Source: a virus. From it: a stretch of 45,231 bases of DNA. The position numbers and the translations under genes were made by a program. The notes beneath the pieces are model-generated. The model searched no databases. It saw nothing but the letters and a program-made list of their open reading frames with translations, and was not told where the DNA came from. Where the stretch lies: the IMG/VR virus record IMGVR_UViG_3300032053_000151. One strand, written 5' to 3'. The number at the start of each line of letters is the position of its first letter. Within the stretch, counting starts at the first letter, position 1. Shown here piece by piece: positions 14,945 through 25,187 of this stretch.

Positions 14945-17900
14945 ATGGCGGACGACGGGTCGTTCAACTCGATGCAAGCCCAGCTCGGTCTCGTTGGGGG
15001 ATCCGGCGGCTTCAATCCGTTGGGCATCGCAACCCCCGCGCCTCCGCCCCCGCCGCCAGTACGCCACCCTGGCGACATTTCCCAGGACATCGTTCGCCAG
15101 ACGCAGACGGCGATGGCCACCACCCTGCAGACCACCTCCGCGATGCGCCTCGGGGGAATGGGTGGCGTGGCGTTCGGGGGCGGAGGCGCGGCGGGTGGCG
15201 GCATCGGCGCTGCTGGTGCATTCGCCCAGCAGTACCAGCAGAACATGTCGGGGATAAACGCCCAGCATGTTCCTGCTTTCTCTGCGCAGGCGATGGGTAT
15301 GATGGGCGGGATGGGTAGCGGCTTCGCTCCCGGTATGCTGCCGCACCCCGCCATGATGACCGCCCCGGGAATGGGGATCTACCGCCCATTCGCGCAAGGC
15401 CCTTCTCCGACGGTCTCTCCATTTCCGCAGATGCCGATGTTCCAGCATCCGCTGGCTGCGATGCCGCCCCCACCACAGTTCCAGACACCGATGGAACTCT
15501 CGAGCAACATGGCGCTCCAGGCAGGGCAGCGGCGCACCGCGGCGATGTTCGCGATGCCTGGGGTCGCTGCGCGAGCGGCGGCTGACGTAGGCTTCGGCTA
15601 CATGGGCGCGGGCGTCGGTGCGGCGATGGGCGCTCGCTTCGGCCCCATGGGAGCCGCCATCGGTGGAACGTTGGGCATGGCGGCAGGCGCTTTTGGGTCT
15701 GAGCACTTCGGACTCGGGGCAACGGCCCAGCACATCGCAGAACGTATGAACCCCTTTCGAACGATGGCCATCCGAGGCCAGCAGATGCAGTCTGCGTCAC
15801 AGGATTGGGTCACTGGCGGCCCCGACTTGAACATGATGACGGGGCGTGGCTTGAGTGGACGAGGCGCCACTCACCTCGGGCGAATGCTCGAAGATACTGC
15901 GTACAGCAGCCGTTTCCGTCGCGAGACCGGCGGAGCTTTCTCAGCGCAAGACCTCACCAAGATCACCAATGTAGCAGGACAACAAGGGCTATTGAACGAC
16001 GCGCAATCCGTAGATCAAATTCACGAGAGGGTTAAAGGAGTCGCGAAATCTCTCGTCAGCTTCATGAAGATCGCCAACGAGCCGAACGTCGTCGAAGCTC
16101 TGAAGTCGATGGGGCGAGCACGGCAGATGGGGTTGTCCGTAGGCGAAACCATGGACATGGCGATGGAAGCCCGGATGTACTCCAAGATGGCGGGGCAGAG
16201 CGTCAGCGGGATCATGGGCGGCGCGGGCATGCAGGGCGCAATGATGTACCAACAGCAAGGCCTGTCCGCGGGTCTCGGAATGCGAATGGGCATGGGCGCC
16301 ATGGGCTCGGCGACCGCAGCGGTTGGCGCTGGCGCTTTCTCCCCGCAGCGCTTGGCGATGCTCGGGGGGACGCAGGGGGTAGCGCAGCGAGAGATGGAGA
16401 TGAACGCCGCTTTCCTGAAGCAGCCAATGATGGCGATGGCCCTCTCGACGATGGGTAAGGGTGGAGAATTTCGCGTAGACGCCAAGACGACGCGGGAAAT
16501 GATGTCCGGGAAGATGGACGTCTCGCAAATGGCCACCCGGGGCGTTGACAACCTCCTCGGGGCGGTCCGGAAGCAAGGCGTGGGTGCCATCGCGATGCAG
16601 GAGATGCAGAGCACGGAACTCCAGGACACCATTGGCCGAATCATGGGTCCCGGCGGGACCCAGATGGCTCGGATGAACCAGATTGAAGCCCAGCGAAAGT
16701 TCATGAACCTGGAACAAAATCCTGGCGGCTACGCCATGGCAGGCCGAACGTTGGGATTCTCACCCGACGACATGAAGCAGACCATGGGCATGGCGAACAG
16801 CCCTGGGTACTTCGACACTCAGCGCCGCCACATGCGAAACCGCATGATGGAAGCGCGAGCGCTAGAGAGCGAAGACTTCGAACGTAACCGAATGACAGCG
16901 GGGGACAAGTTCGCAAACACCGGGGTCGGAACAAGCATGCGCCTGGCCTGGAAAGGAGCCAGAGACACTGGGGAAGATATTGTCAACTTCTTCCAAGAAG
17001 ATGAGGAGACCAAGCGCGCGAAGTCGCGCGGACAAATCGTTCTCAAGACACCAAAGCATCTACTGATGAGCGACGAAGAGTTCCAAGCGGCCGACAAAGA
17101 AGGCATGACGGGTACGGCGGGAGAAGAGATCTTCGCGCGAGATCGAGCTCGGCTGAGAGGCCGAGGTCAACTCGGCTCGGGTATCTCTCGCGGTATGAAG
17201 GACACCTTCTTAGGGGGAAACGACCAAGACCTCTTTCAACGGCGGCAGGCGCAGGCGGGGCTCGCGGGGGCTTTTGGCGGCGGACTCCTGGAGCGCGGAA
17301 CGCGTCTCGCTGCTGGGCTTTCCGGTCTTGGCGCTGTGACAGACTTCGCTTTCGGCTCCGCGAAGGAGATACGAGAAGCAAACGAAGACACCAACGCCGC
17401 GACGAAGATCATTAACAAAGGCATGAGCATGACGGCGGAAGAAGAGGGCGACGCCAAAAGAGCGCTCAAAGGAGTTGAGGGTGGCGCGAGTGGCGCGGAG
17501 ATCGCCATTGGTCTTTCCGGAGAACTCGGAAAAGCGTCAAGAGCGAAAGAAGGTACCGGCACGGGACTTCTAGTAGCTGGTGCTGTGCTAGGAGGTCCTG
17601 TCGGACTAGCCGCCGCCGAGATCTTTGGAGGAAAAACAGACAACGCGATGGGCAAAAAGGACATCGACCGCGTCACGCGCGCCTACCTTGAGAAAAAAGG
17701 AATCAAAGACCCGACACAGAAGCAGATCGACGAGTACGCAACCGTGGCTATGAAGGGCGCCGCGCTCCAAGGGGGAGAGAGAGGATTCCAAGGAAGAGAA
17801 ACAATCAACACATCGATGCGCGACAGCTCCATGGCTGAATTGGAGGCTATGCGAAGTCAGCGAATTGGAGAGATGGTCGGAACCACGCGGGGCTCGGGCG

Positions 17901-18799
17901 ACGACTTGAAGATGGGTGTGGGAATGGCGCTCGCTCGTGCGACTGGAGGTCTCTCCATCGCGGCGGCGGCGGCGTCCCAGGGGATGGGGGACACCGAGAA
18001 AGCGGAGATCGAAGCTGTTGGAAGCAAGCTGTTCGCCACTGGCGTGAGCGCAGACGCCGGAACATTGGCCGCGCTTCGACTCGCGGGTGAGGCGGGGGAT
18101 GAAGAGGCACAGAAAAAAGCCGACGCACTTGAGCTCAAGATGACCACGGAGGGACGTGACAAAGAAGTAGAGCAGGCAGGCAAGAAGAAAACAGACCTCA
18201 AAAAGTCCGGCCAAGGCGCCACCGCCGTTCGAATCGGAACGCAGATGGCCAAGGGGACCAAGAACGTCGAAGAGCTGGAGGCGCTTGGCGCGGGTTGGCG
18301 TAAGAGCACGCAAGCCTCAAAGAGTCGCGTGCGTAAGATGATGGGGTCGAAAGCGATGTCCGGCAGGGATGACGCCGAGTTTGCGAACAAGAGCTCAATC
18401 GAAAAACTGCGCGAGCTGAGTGACGGTGACATCAGTTCTCTCCCTGAGCCAACACAAAAGCTGGTCAAAGAGTTCCAGGAGGCCGGGGATGACGAGGCCA
18501 TGCAGAAAGTTATCGCAGACAAATACTCTCGACTGGAAACGAAGGTTGGCGTCGTCGGAGAGCGCGAAGTCGCCGGGGGTCGCACGGGCAAAGCCGACAA
18601 GATGATGACCGACGCCATGGTCGAATCCGCGGAGACACAAGAGAACGTCGGTAAAAATTTCCCCAACGTAGACATGTTTGACTCCGCCTCAAGAAATCTT
18701 CTAACAGCGGCGGAGTACCTCATGAAAACAGGGGGTGGAGGGGGTGGGACCGATCTCCCTTCTGGGGCCGTAACAGTATTCGAGAGCGGAGGAAACTGA
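14945..18799 (+). CDS. Tape measure protein candidate, 1284 aa. It has an unusually Gly/Met/Ala/Gln-rich, low-complexity composition.
   Basis: Position is directly after the G/GT chaperones. Its size fits a tape measure. It shows no recognisable enzymatic motif. Confidence 0.55.
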   Translation: MADDGSFNSMQAQLGLVGGSGGFNPLGIATPAPPPPPPVRHPGDISQDIVRQTQTAMATTLQTTSAMRLGGMGGVAFGGGGAAGGGIGAAGAFAQQYQQNMSGINAQHVPAFSAQAMGMMGGMGSGFAPGMLPHPAMMTAPGMGIYRPFAQGPSPTVSPFPQMPMFQHPLAAMPPPPQFQTPMELSSNMALQAGQRRTAAMFAMPGVAARAAADVGFGYMGAGVGAAMGARFGPMGAAIGGTLGMAAGAFGSEHFGLGATAQHIAERMNPFRTMAIRGQQMQSASQDWVTGGPDLNMMTGRGLSGRGATHLGRMLEDTAYSSRFRRETGGAFSAQDLTKITNVAGQQGLLNDAQSVDQIHERVKGVAKSLVSFMKIANEPNVVEALKSMGRARQMGLSVGETMDMAMEARMYSKMAGQSVSGIMGGAGMQGAMMYQQQGLSAGLGMRMGMGAMGSATAAVGAGAFSPQRLAMLGGTQGVAQREMEMNAAFLKQPMMAMALSTMGKGGEFRVDAKTTREMMSGKMDVSQMATRGVDNLLGAVRKQGVGAIAMQEMQSTELQDTIGRIMGPGGTQMARMNQIEAQRKFMNLEQNPGGYAMAGRTLGFSPDDMKQTMGMANSPGYFDTQRRHMRNRMMEARALESEDFERNRMTAGDKFANTGVGTSMRLAWKGARDTGEDIVNFFQEDEETKRAKSRGQIVLKTPKHLLMSDEEFQAADKEGMTGTAGEEIFARDRARLRGRGQLGSGISRGMKDTFLGGNDQDLFQRRQAQAGLAGAFGGGLLERGTRLAAGLSGLGAVTDFAFGSAKEIREANEDTNAATKIINKGMSMTAEEEGDAKRALKGVEGGASGAEIAIGLSGELGKASRAKEGTGTGLLVAGAVLGGPVGLAAAEIFGGKTDNAMGKKDIDRVTRAYLEKKGIKDPTQKQIDEYATVAMKGAALQGGERGFQGRETINTSMRDSSMAELEAMRSQRIGEMVGTTRGSGDDLKMGVGMALARATGGLSIAAAAASQGMGDTEKAEIEAVGSKLFATGVSADAGTLAALRLAGEAGDEEAQKKADALELKMTTEGRDKEVEQAGKKKTDLKKSGQGATAVRIGTQMAKGTKNVEELEALGAGWRKSTQASKSRVRKMMGSKAMSGRDDAEFANKSSIEKLRELSDGDISSLPEPTQKLVKEFQEAGDDEAMQKVIADKYSRLETKVGVVGEREVAGGRTGKADKMMTDAMVESAETQENVGKNFPNVDMFDSASRNLLTAAEYLMKTGGGGGGTDLPSGAVTVFESGGN

Positions 18800-18802
18800 T
18801 CC

Positions 18803-19018
18803 ATGGCCACAAAAGAACAAGTTCAGGTCATCATCCCAACAGCGATAAACGCGTTGTGCGCCGTCAACGAGACCCTCATCTCAAGAAAAAAGGCGGGCCT
18901 CCCAGCGGACATCGCGCTTCCAAGTCTTCGCCGTCGGGCACTGCTCATCGTCAAAGAAGCAGGTGTACTGTCCGTCCAGATGACGGTCATCTCGAAAGAC
19001 TCCGACTTCAATAGGTAA
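18803..19018 (+). CDS. Hypothetical 71-aa protein.
   Basis: Tightly packed after the tape measure gene. Confidence 0.4.
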   Translation: MATKEQVQVIIPTAINALCAVNETLISRKKAGLPADIALPSLRRRALLIVKEAGVLSVQMTVISKDSDFNR

Positions 19019-19020
19019 CC

Positions 19021-20010
19021 ATGGCCAATCAGATCGCGGCAGGAGAAGAATGGGTCACTAACGGCGGCGGACTGGCGTCTGAAGAAGACGTTTACCTGTC
19101 TACGAATGGAATAAAGACATCGATCACGCCCGGCTTCGTACGCGCCCCTCGGGGCATTTTTGGTGCGTTTCCAGGCGCTACCCCAAAGTACGCTAGGAAC
19201 CTGGGTGAAGAGGAGAAGGACTTCCGCGAGACGATGGCGCGGATGTTCATGCAGGTCCCGGACTATAAGACATTCGTAGATGAGTACGGCCAAGACGAAA
19301 ACATGCGGGAGATCGCCGCCGTCCTTGGGGGTCAAGTCTCTGAAGGTGAAGGAACGACCGGCGGCTCAGGATACATGGACTTCCTCCTACAGAGCGTTCA
19401 GCACTCGTTCCAGGAGAAGATGCAGGTCGTTGAAGTCTTGTCGGACGATCATGTCGCTTACTTTTTCGGACAGGCTGCGTCAACATTCGCCTACAGCGGA
19501 ATGCTGATCAATACAAAGCAAGACGACCAAGCGCTGAACATGCTTCGGCTGTACTCGGAGTTCGGACGGGGTAGCAAACTAGCGGCGAGAAACACGTTGA
19601 TCAGTATTCGGTACGATAATGTATACGTATCAGGGGCCATCACGAACTTCACGTACTCGCTAAGCGCTGAAACGGAAATGGCGATCCCGTTCAGCTTCAA
19701 CTTGCTGGTCAAAAAGATGTCCATCCTCCCCAACCCGTACAGCGGACTGGTCACGCTCAGCACGCCATTCGCCACGGCGTCGGACGGCTACACCCCCTTC
19801 GCACAGGGATCTCTCGATCCGGGAACGAAGCCCACCTCCCCCGCGGCCACCCCCGCAGCGGGAACGAAGCTCGCTATCAGCCCTGCGGCGACCCAAAAAA
19901 CGGCTGAAGAAAAGGAAAAAGCCAAAACAGAATTGAGTTACACTGTACGGGATCAGCTACAAGTAACAACTACTCTCGTGCAGGACGTCGTAAAAGCGGT
20001 CGGAGGATAG
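19021..20010 (+). CDS. Putative tail or baseplate structural protein of 329 aa. By position it could be a distal-tail or DNA-circulation-type protein.
   Basis: Assigned from gene order only. Confidence 0.35.
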   Translation: MANQIAAGEEWVTNGGGLASEEDVYLSTNGIKTSITPGFVRAPRGIFGAFPGATPKYARNLGEEEKDFRETMARMFMQVPDYKTFVDEYGQDENMREIAAVLGGQVSEGEGTTGGSGYMDFLLQSVQHSFQEKMQVVEVLSDDHVAYFFGQAASTFAYSGMLINTKQDDQALNMLRLYSEFGRGSKLAARNTLISIRYDNVYVSGAITNFTYSLSAETEMAIPFSFNLLVKKMSILPNPYSGLVTLSTPFATASDGYTPFAQGSLDPGTKPTSPAATPAAGTKLAISPAATQKTAEEKEKAKTELSYTVRDQLQVTTTLVQDVVKAVGG

Positions 20011-20016
20011 GCTCAA

Positions 20017-20526
20017 ATGGCCACCATCATCTTTCCAGGAGTCGGTGAGGCCCTCGGCAAGTTTACTGTGGAGGATATAGTCATCTCGACCCCGCTGCTC
20101 CCGGGGGAGAAGCGGATGTACGAACCGTTCCCCTACCCCACGCTGGAAATGTGGCGTCGCAACGTACTTTCCGCCACGTCCTCGCTCTTCGAGCTTCCTA
20201 CCCAATGTCGTACGTCGGTTCTCTTCGCGCACGAAGCGGACATGAAAACGGTTTTCTTTGAAATCACCAAAATTGACCCAGCGCTCCTCGCAGGAAACTA
20301 CAACTTCAAAAAGAAGGCTGTTCTCGCCGACAAGGAGCTGACAAATGCTAGGGGACAAACGACTCTAGCGATCAAAGAGCTAAACCAACAGCGCATCCCC
20401 GAGCAGTACGTAACCCTAATGCAGCAGCGAGTCGAAAGCGCCGCCTTTAGCCACCGGGTGGCGGGTATGTGCGCCGCGGTGTACATGACCGCGCTCATCC
20501 TGGAAGATGACGAGGCACGCGCGTGA
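20017..20526 (+). CDS. Hypothetical structural protein, 169 aa.
   Basis: GGAGGA ribosome-binding site. Its stop overlaps the next start (GTGA). Confidence 0.45.
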   Translation: MATIIFPGVGEALGKFTVEDIVISTPLLPGEKRMYEPFPYPTLEMWRRNVLSATSSLFELPTQCRTSVLFAHEADMKTVFFEITKIDPALLAGNYNFKKKAVLADKELTNARGQTTLAIKELNQQRIPEQYVTLMQQRVESAAFSHRVAGMCAAVYMTALILEDDEARA

Positions 20527-23057
20527 GCGACTACGTAGGGCGGGCACATCGCGGCGGATGGCTCGTCTACCTGAACGGTATCGAGGTCCCGTGCGCCAGT
20601 GTCACGGTGAACTACGGGGTCGGGGTGATCCCAGAAGCATCACTGTCCTTTCCACCCCACCGGCTGCTACACCGCCTCGGCGCCGAAGATCGCCTGGACG
20701 TCGTCGTCTTCTACCTTGACGACCTCGCAGACCCAAACAAACCTGAGTTCCGCCTGTTGTTCGAAGGTGAGATCATGGGCTGGTCCTACTCGAACTCCCC
20801 CTCCGGGCGGCAGATGACGTTCAACGCTTCCGCGGACATCTCCATCTTCACGCAGCTGTACTTCTTCTTCTTGAACAACAGCGACACCGTGGCCTCGTGG
20901 GTCGCTACCAAAGGAACCAACGCCGAGGGTGTAGCCACTGGCGGGGCCATTTACCCGTTCTCCTTGTTCAAAAAAGGGCTCCTCTACACGGAAGGCGTTA
21001 AGCCGGATAGCCCACAGGTGCCAGACATCACGCGACCCTTTGAGATCATTTACAACGTCATCCGAGGAATGACCGACTCCCGCATCAATGACAAGCTGCG
21101 CGCCATCCCCTCTGTGAACTTCTTCGCTCGGTGGGTGCGTAAGCGTAACTTCCTCAATCGGTTCGCAGCGCTCCCACTGTTCGAAGACGGAGAAGGAGAC
21201 CCGAAGGTCTTCCCGATCATCCAAGCAGCGCAGGCAACCACAGCCATGCAGGCAATGCAGAACAACATTGCCGCCGGGGTTGGGAACGCTGGAACCATCT
21301 GGGAAGTACTCCAGCAGGTCTACGGGACGGTTCTATTCGAGATCGCCATGCTCCCCACGGCTCCGTGTGCGCGGGTCAGGCTCTCCGATGGAACCATCCT
21401 CCGGCCTGGGGAGGTTCCGCCGCCAGAGCCTCTGGAACTCCAGCGAATGCTGAAGCAGAAAGGCGAACCAATCGCCAGCGAAGTGGACCCGAAGGAACCA
21501 GTCCGCCTCATAAATTACTTCGTAAAGCCGCAGATGTTCTTCGGCATCGCGCCGACGTGCAACATGATGTTCCCCTGTATGATTACGAACTGGTCCTACG
21601 CGGAAAGCTACATCGCTCAGCCAACACGCACCTACGTAAACGATCAGTTTATCTCAAGCGTTCTACCGCAAAATGTTGCGACCACGGCTGCGCTGACGTT
21701 CGGCTTCCCCGAAGAAGTAGGCGCCGTACTGAAGGCCAAGATGGGTGACGCTCACGGCAGCGCCCAGGCAGCGGCCAAAGGCGCCGGGAAGAAGACCGGC
21801 CCCGTGGCCCGTCCAGGCAACATCTCAAAGAGCGGGAAGAACATGCTGGTGTTCCCCGAGGAGTTCTTCAAGGGGCCCATCATCAACCGAATGCCCGTAC
21901 CCTCGTGGTTCACCTACCTGAAGAACAAGGAGCCCCAAACCAAGAGCTCGCCCTCATCGAAACCCCCCGCGGAGAACGTGGAAGAAGCGCGTTCCTTGAG
22001 TGTGCTCATGGCGAGCTACGTGGAGTGGGAACACTTCCGAGCTCGCTACGAGAAGCGTGGCGGCGCGGTCAACCTGGCATGGAACCCCTACGTCGTTCCA
22101 GGGTTCCCGTGTGTCATCTTCGACCAGAGGTCGAGCTCGTTCCACACCGTCGGGTACTTGAACAGCGTGCAGCAGAGCCTCTCGCAAGGGGGCATGAACA
22201 CGGCGATCAACTACACCATGTCCCGCACCATCCCCGAGATGCTGGAACTGCTCCAAGCGGACCTTGCGAAGAATCCGGGCAAGGTGTTCGGCTGTGCCCC
22301 GCTCGAACCGGTCACTCCGGTGCGCGACATCATCCAGGACTTCACCAAGGCGGAACAGTTCTACAACGCTCTCTTCTTCCAGCGCGAGCCGATGTCTCAA
22401 GGGAAGAAGGCCGCGTTCGACTTCCGTGAAGTGCTCGGGTACGCCAACGGGGACGGAACAACAGACCCCATTGAAGTCAAACAAGTGACAACCGTCCTCA
22501 CCACTACTGGGGGTTCTTCGACGAACGTCAACGCTTCAGTAAACCAGTCCACAATCGCCGCTGGAGAGACGACGGCGAACACAGTGACAACGACGACGTC
22601 CAAAATAATCACAACGCTCGTCGGGGATCGAAACGTTGTTCCGTTGCCGGGATTTGTACCTGTGTTCAATCAGTACGACACGGCGATGCGCTACGTTGCT
22701 CGCCCCATCTGCTCTATCACCGACTACGTCGCGTTCCTTCACGGGGGGAAACCGCTTGATCAATTGCGTGAGCCAGACGAGGACATCGAAGGAAACAGCC
22801 AAGGGCCCCAGATAGAGGACGGGGACCGTCGCTTCGGAAGCATCGTATATTTCAAGAGAATAAAACGGCTGATCCAGGGCCCAGGAAAAACACCTCCGGA
22901 TTCCGTGCTCGGTGTTTCGGGTACTGGGGATGATACCGTCGCCTACGAAGGTATCGCGTCTGGAGTCACTGAATACGTACAGACCCGCGCCGATTGGGAC
23001 TCGGTACTTGAAGCGTACCGCGCCGAGATGTACAGCCGTGAGGGGCCGCAAGAATGA
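20523..23057 (+). CDS. Baseplate hub or tail-associated protein of 844 aa, resembling the gpD / gp27 / Tal family.
   Basis: N-terminus VYLNGIEVPCASVTVNYGVGVIPEASLSF...DRLDVVVFYLDD resembles the P2 gpD-type hub N-terminus. Position is after the tape measure. Confidence 0.4.
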   Translation: MSDYVGRAHRGGWLVYLNGIEVPCASVTVNYGVGVIPEASLSFPPHRLLHRLGAEDRLDVVVFYLDDLADPNKPEFRLLFEGEIMGWSYSNSPSGRQMTFNASADISIFTQLYFFFLNNSDTVASWVATKGTNAEGVATGGAIYPFSLFKKGLLYTEGVKPDSPQVPDITRPFEIIYNVIRGMTDSRINDKLRAIPSVNFFARWVRKRNFLNRFAALPLFEDGEGDPKVFPIIQAAQATTAMQAMQNNIAAGVGNAGTIWEVLQQVYGTVLFEIAMLPTAPCARVRLSDGTILRPGEVPPPEPLELQRMLKQKGEPIASEVDPKEPVRLINYFVKPQMFFGIAPTCNMMFPCMITNWSYAESYIAQPTRTYVNDQFISSVLPQNVATTAALTFGFPEEVGAVLKAKMGDAHGSAQAAAKGAGKKTGPVARPGNISKSGKNMLVFPEEFFKGPIINRMPVPSWFTYLKNKEPQTKSSPSSKPPAENVEEARSLSVLMASYVEWEHFRARYEKRGGAVNLAWNPYVVPGFPCVIFDQRSSSFHTVGYLNSVQQSLSQGGMNTAINYTMSRTIPEMLELLQADLAKNPGKVFGCAPLEPVTPVRDIIQDFTKAEQFYNALFFQREPMSQGKKAAFDFREVLGYANGDGTTDPIEVKQVTTVLTTTGGSSTNVNASVNQSTIAAGETTANTVTTTTSKIITTLVGDRNVVPLPGFVPVFNQYDTAMRYVARPICSITDYVAFLHGGKPLDQLREPDEDIEGNSQGPQIEDGDRRFGSIVYFKRIKRLIQGPGKTPPDSVLGVSGTGDDTVAYEGIASGVTEYVQTRADWDSVLEAYRAEMYSREGPQE

Positions 23058-23755
23058 ATCCTCTCAAAACGACAGACACAGAGCTCTGGCGCCGCTGGAA
23101 GAAGACGAAGGCGCCCGACGATCTCCAGAAGCTCCTCACGCAGATGAACCCCATCCTCCTACGGGAGGTGAACAAGTGGGCACCGTCGATGTCCCGGTCC
23201 TACCTCGAGGCAGAGGCAAAGCGCCTCGCAGTTGAGGCGTTCGAGTCGTACGACCCGAGCTACGGAACGGCGCTCTCCACGCACGTCGCCAGCCGCCTCC
23301 CAAAGCTCTCTCGAGTCGTCTACGCGACCCAGAACACGGCGAGACTCTCTGAGACCAAGAACCTGCTCTTCCACGTCTACCACACCGCCACCAACGAGCT
23401 GAGGGATCGACACGGACGGGAGCCGACGAACGAAGAACTCGCCGACAACCTGGGGTGGTCGCCAAAGAAACTCGAGCAGTTCCAACGACAGAGCCAGCGT
23501 AAGGAGTTCGTGGAGTCAGAGGATCATCCGGACGAAGAGGACGCGGAAGATCACCTGGTGGACTACATCTACCACGACCTCACTCCGCTTCAGAAGAGCA
23601 TCTTCGAGTACTCCACCGGGTACCAGGGCAAGCCGAAGCTCTCGGGCGAAGCCATGATGAAGAAGCTCAGTATCACTCAAGGGCAGCTGAGCTACCAGAA
23701 GACGCTGATCGTCCAGGCCGTTGGGCGCGCGAAGGCGGGGGCCCATGGCGGATAA
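23054..23755 (+). CDS. Sigma-70-family RNA polymerase sigma factor-like protein (FliA / sigma-28-like or phage late sigma), 233 aa.
   Basis: Region-2-like LAVEAFESYDPSYGTALSTHVASRLPKLSRVVY parallels [25 protein letters not shown]. Region-4-like LTPLQKSIFEYSTGYQGKPKLSGEAMMKKLSITQGQLSYQKTLIVQAV is a helix-turn-helix. ATGA coupling with the upstream gene. Confidence 0.55.
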   Translation: MNPLKTTDTELWRRWKKTKAPDDLQKLLTQMNPILLREVNKWAPSMSRSYLEAEAKRLAVEAFESYDPSYGTALSTHVASRLPKLSRVVYATQNTARLSETKNLLFHVYHTATNELRDRHGREPTNEELADNLGWSPKKLEQFQRQSQRKEFVESEDHPDEEDAEDHLVDYIYHDLTPLQKSIFEYSTGYQGKPKLSGEAMMKKLSITQGQLSYQKTLIVQAVGRAKAGAHGG

Positions 23756-24716
23756 AGAAAATGCCAACCAGATCCCCGCGGACACAACGACTGCGCCGAC
23801 AGGGGCCACATTCGACGTACTCAAGAAGTACGTCACGGACATGGGGAAGAAGGCCTTCGAAGCATCGAATGCTACTCCAGCGCCTGGGACGAAAGGGTTG
23901 CTCGCGCTGCCCCAGCTCACCGAGTCCGCGCAAACCGGATACGTCAACAAGCAGTCGAAGCCCATCACATGCTGTACCATTGGGCCATTTCTCCTCGAGA
24001 AGAACACCGCCTACGACTACATCTTGATGTCCAACGCGGCGGCGAAAGACGGAATCGGGCTGAAGATTCGCTCAGGCTTTCGCACCATGGAAGAGCAAAC
24101 GGCGCTGTACAACGAGCGAAAGAACCCAGCGGTTGCGAAAGTGAAAGGTGTGGCGGCAGTACCTGGAACGAGCAATCACCAGTCAGGCATCGCAATCGAC
24201 ATTGCCGTCAATATGACGAAGGCCGACTACATCGCGGGAATCCGTTCCGCGGAATACTTGTGGTTGGAAAAGTTTGGAGCTGAATTCGGATTCGATCATA
24301 AAGAAGGCGCCCAGGTAAACGAACCCTGGCACTGGACCCACTTGCCCACCACGGTCGTTGGAGCCGCGGCGTTCGCCAGCGCTACCGGCCTGTCCGTCTT
24401 GACCTCTGACACCGCGGTAAACGCGGCGGCCAGCAACCAACTGGGCACGCAGCGAATCATGAATCTCGAGGGGCACGACGACACGACTGCGCTGGCGCGT
24501 GCGACGACTTTCACCCAGATGTCCCGGCAGACCGCCCTCTCCGAGCGAGCCATCTCAAGCGCCAACGTCAGCAACTACATCAGCAGCCGAGTTGGGCAGC
24601 TTCAAACCGCCCAGCAGACCCTCGAGGAGCAGCCCAAGGGATTCGAGCAGAAGAGCCTCAACCCGCTGGTCTATAATTTCACCACCGGCCTCTGGGGCGA
24701 CAGCAAGGCGGTTTAG
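23745..24716 (+). CDS. Peptidase M15 (VanY / L-Ala-D-Glu peptidase-like) cell-wall hydrolase with an N-terminal extension. It is probably a tail-associated lysin or endolysin.
   Basis: Motifs SGFRTMEEQTALY, VPGTSNHQSGIAIDI and EPWHW. Start chosen at the ATG overlapping the upstream stop (ATGGCGGATAA). Confidence 0.65.
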   Translation: MADKENANQIPADTTTAPTGATFDVLKKYVTDMGKKAFEASNATPAPGTKGLLALPQLTESAQTGYVNKQSKPITCCTIGPFLLEKNTAYDYILMSNAAAKDGIGLKIRSGFRTMEEQTALYNERKNPAVAKVKGVAAVPGTSNHQSGIAIDIAVNMTKADYIAGIRSAEYLWLEKFGAEFGFDHKEGAQVNEPWHWTHLPTTVVGAAAFASATGLSVLTSDTAVNAAASNQLGTQRIMNLEGHDDTTALARATTFTQMSRQTALSERAISSANVSNYISSRVGQLQTAQQTLEEQPKGFEQKSLNPLVYNFTTGLWGDSKAV

Positions 24717-24722
24717 GACACC

Positions 24723-25175
24723 ATGGCCACAACCTACGACGTTCACTTCCAAATTGTCGCCGCCGAGGAGCAGGTTGCTGCCAACGGAAAGGTATACTCA
24801 TTCGGGTTCACCAGCGCTGTTGGGGTGAAGGGCCCCCAGAAACTGGCGAACCGCTGGCTCAAGTGCTTCTGTACGCTGAAGGGATCGGACCTTCGGAACG
24901 CCAAGTACGGGACAGGATTCCCAGAGATCATCGGCTCGAACATCAGCCGACAAAGGGACTTCACGGACGCCATGGCCCTCTACATCGACGACTGCAATAC
25001 CCAGATTCGGGCGTTCGACCTGGCCCAATTCCCACCAGACGACGAGCGTCTGGCCTCAGCGGTTTTGACGAGCATCGTCCCTCGCGGCGAAGACGGATAT
25101 GACGTATACGTCACCATCAAGAACATTGCGGGGACTCTCCTCACTGTTCAGGTTCCCTCAGGGACGACACGGTAG
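24723..25175 (+). CDS. Baseplate wedge protein gp25 / GpW-like, 150 aa.
   Basis: CFCTLKGSDLRNAKYGTGFPEIIGSN parallels P2 gpW ILRTPVGSRVMRRDYGSLLASMIDQP. It precedes a J-like gene. Confidence 0.5.
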   Translation: MATTYDVHFQIVAAEEQVAANGKVYSFGFTSAVGVKGPQKLANRWLKCFCTLKGSDLRNAKYGTGFPEIIGSNISRQRDFTDAMALYIDDCNTQIRAFDLAQFPPDDERLASAVLTSIVPRGEDGYDVYVTIKNIAGTLLTVQVPSGTTR

Positions 25176-25187
25176 GAGACATTCGAA

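Noticed and set aside
14741-18810. Several long minus-strand ORFs (14741..15733, 15012..15800, 15989..16717, 16021..16704, 17606..18313, 17857..18810) within the tape measure region
   Set aside because: They sit opposite a continuous 1284-codon plus-strand frame and are Arg/Pro/Ser-rich low-complexity translations. They are shadow frames.
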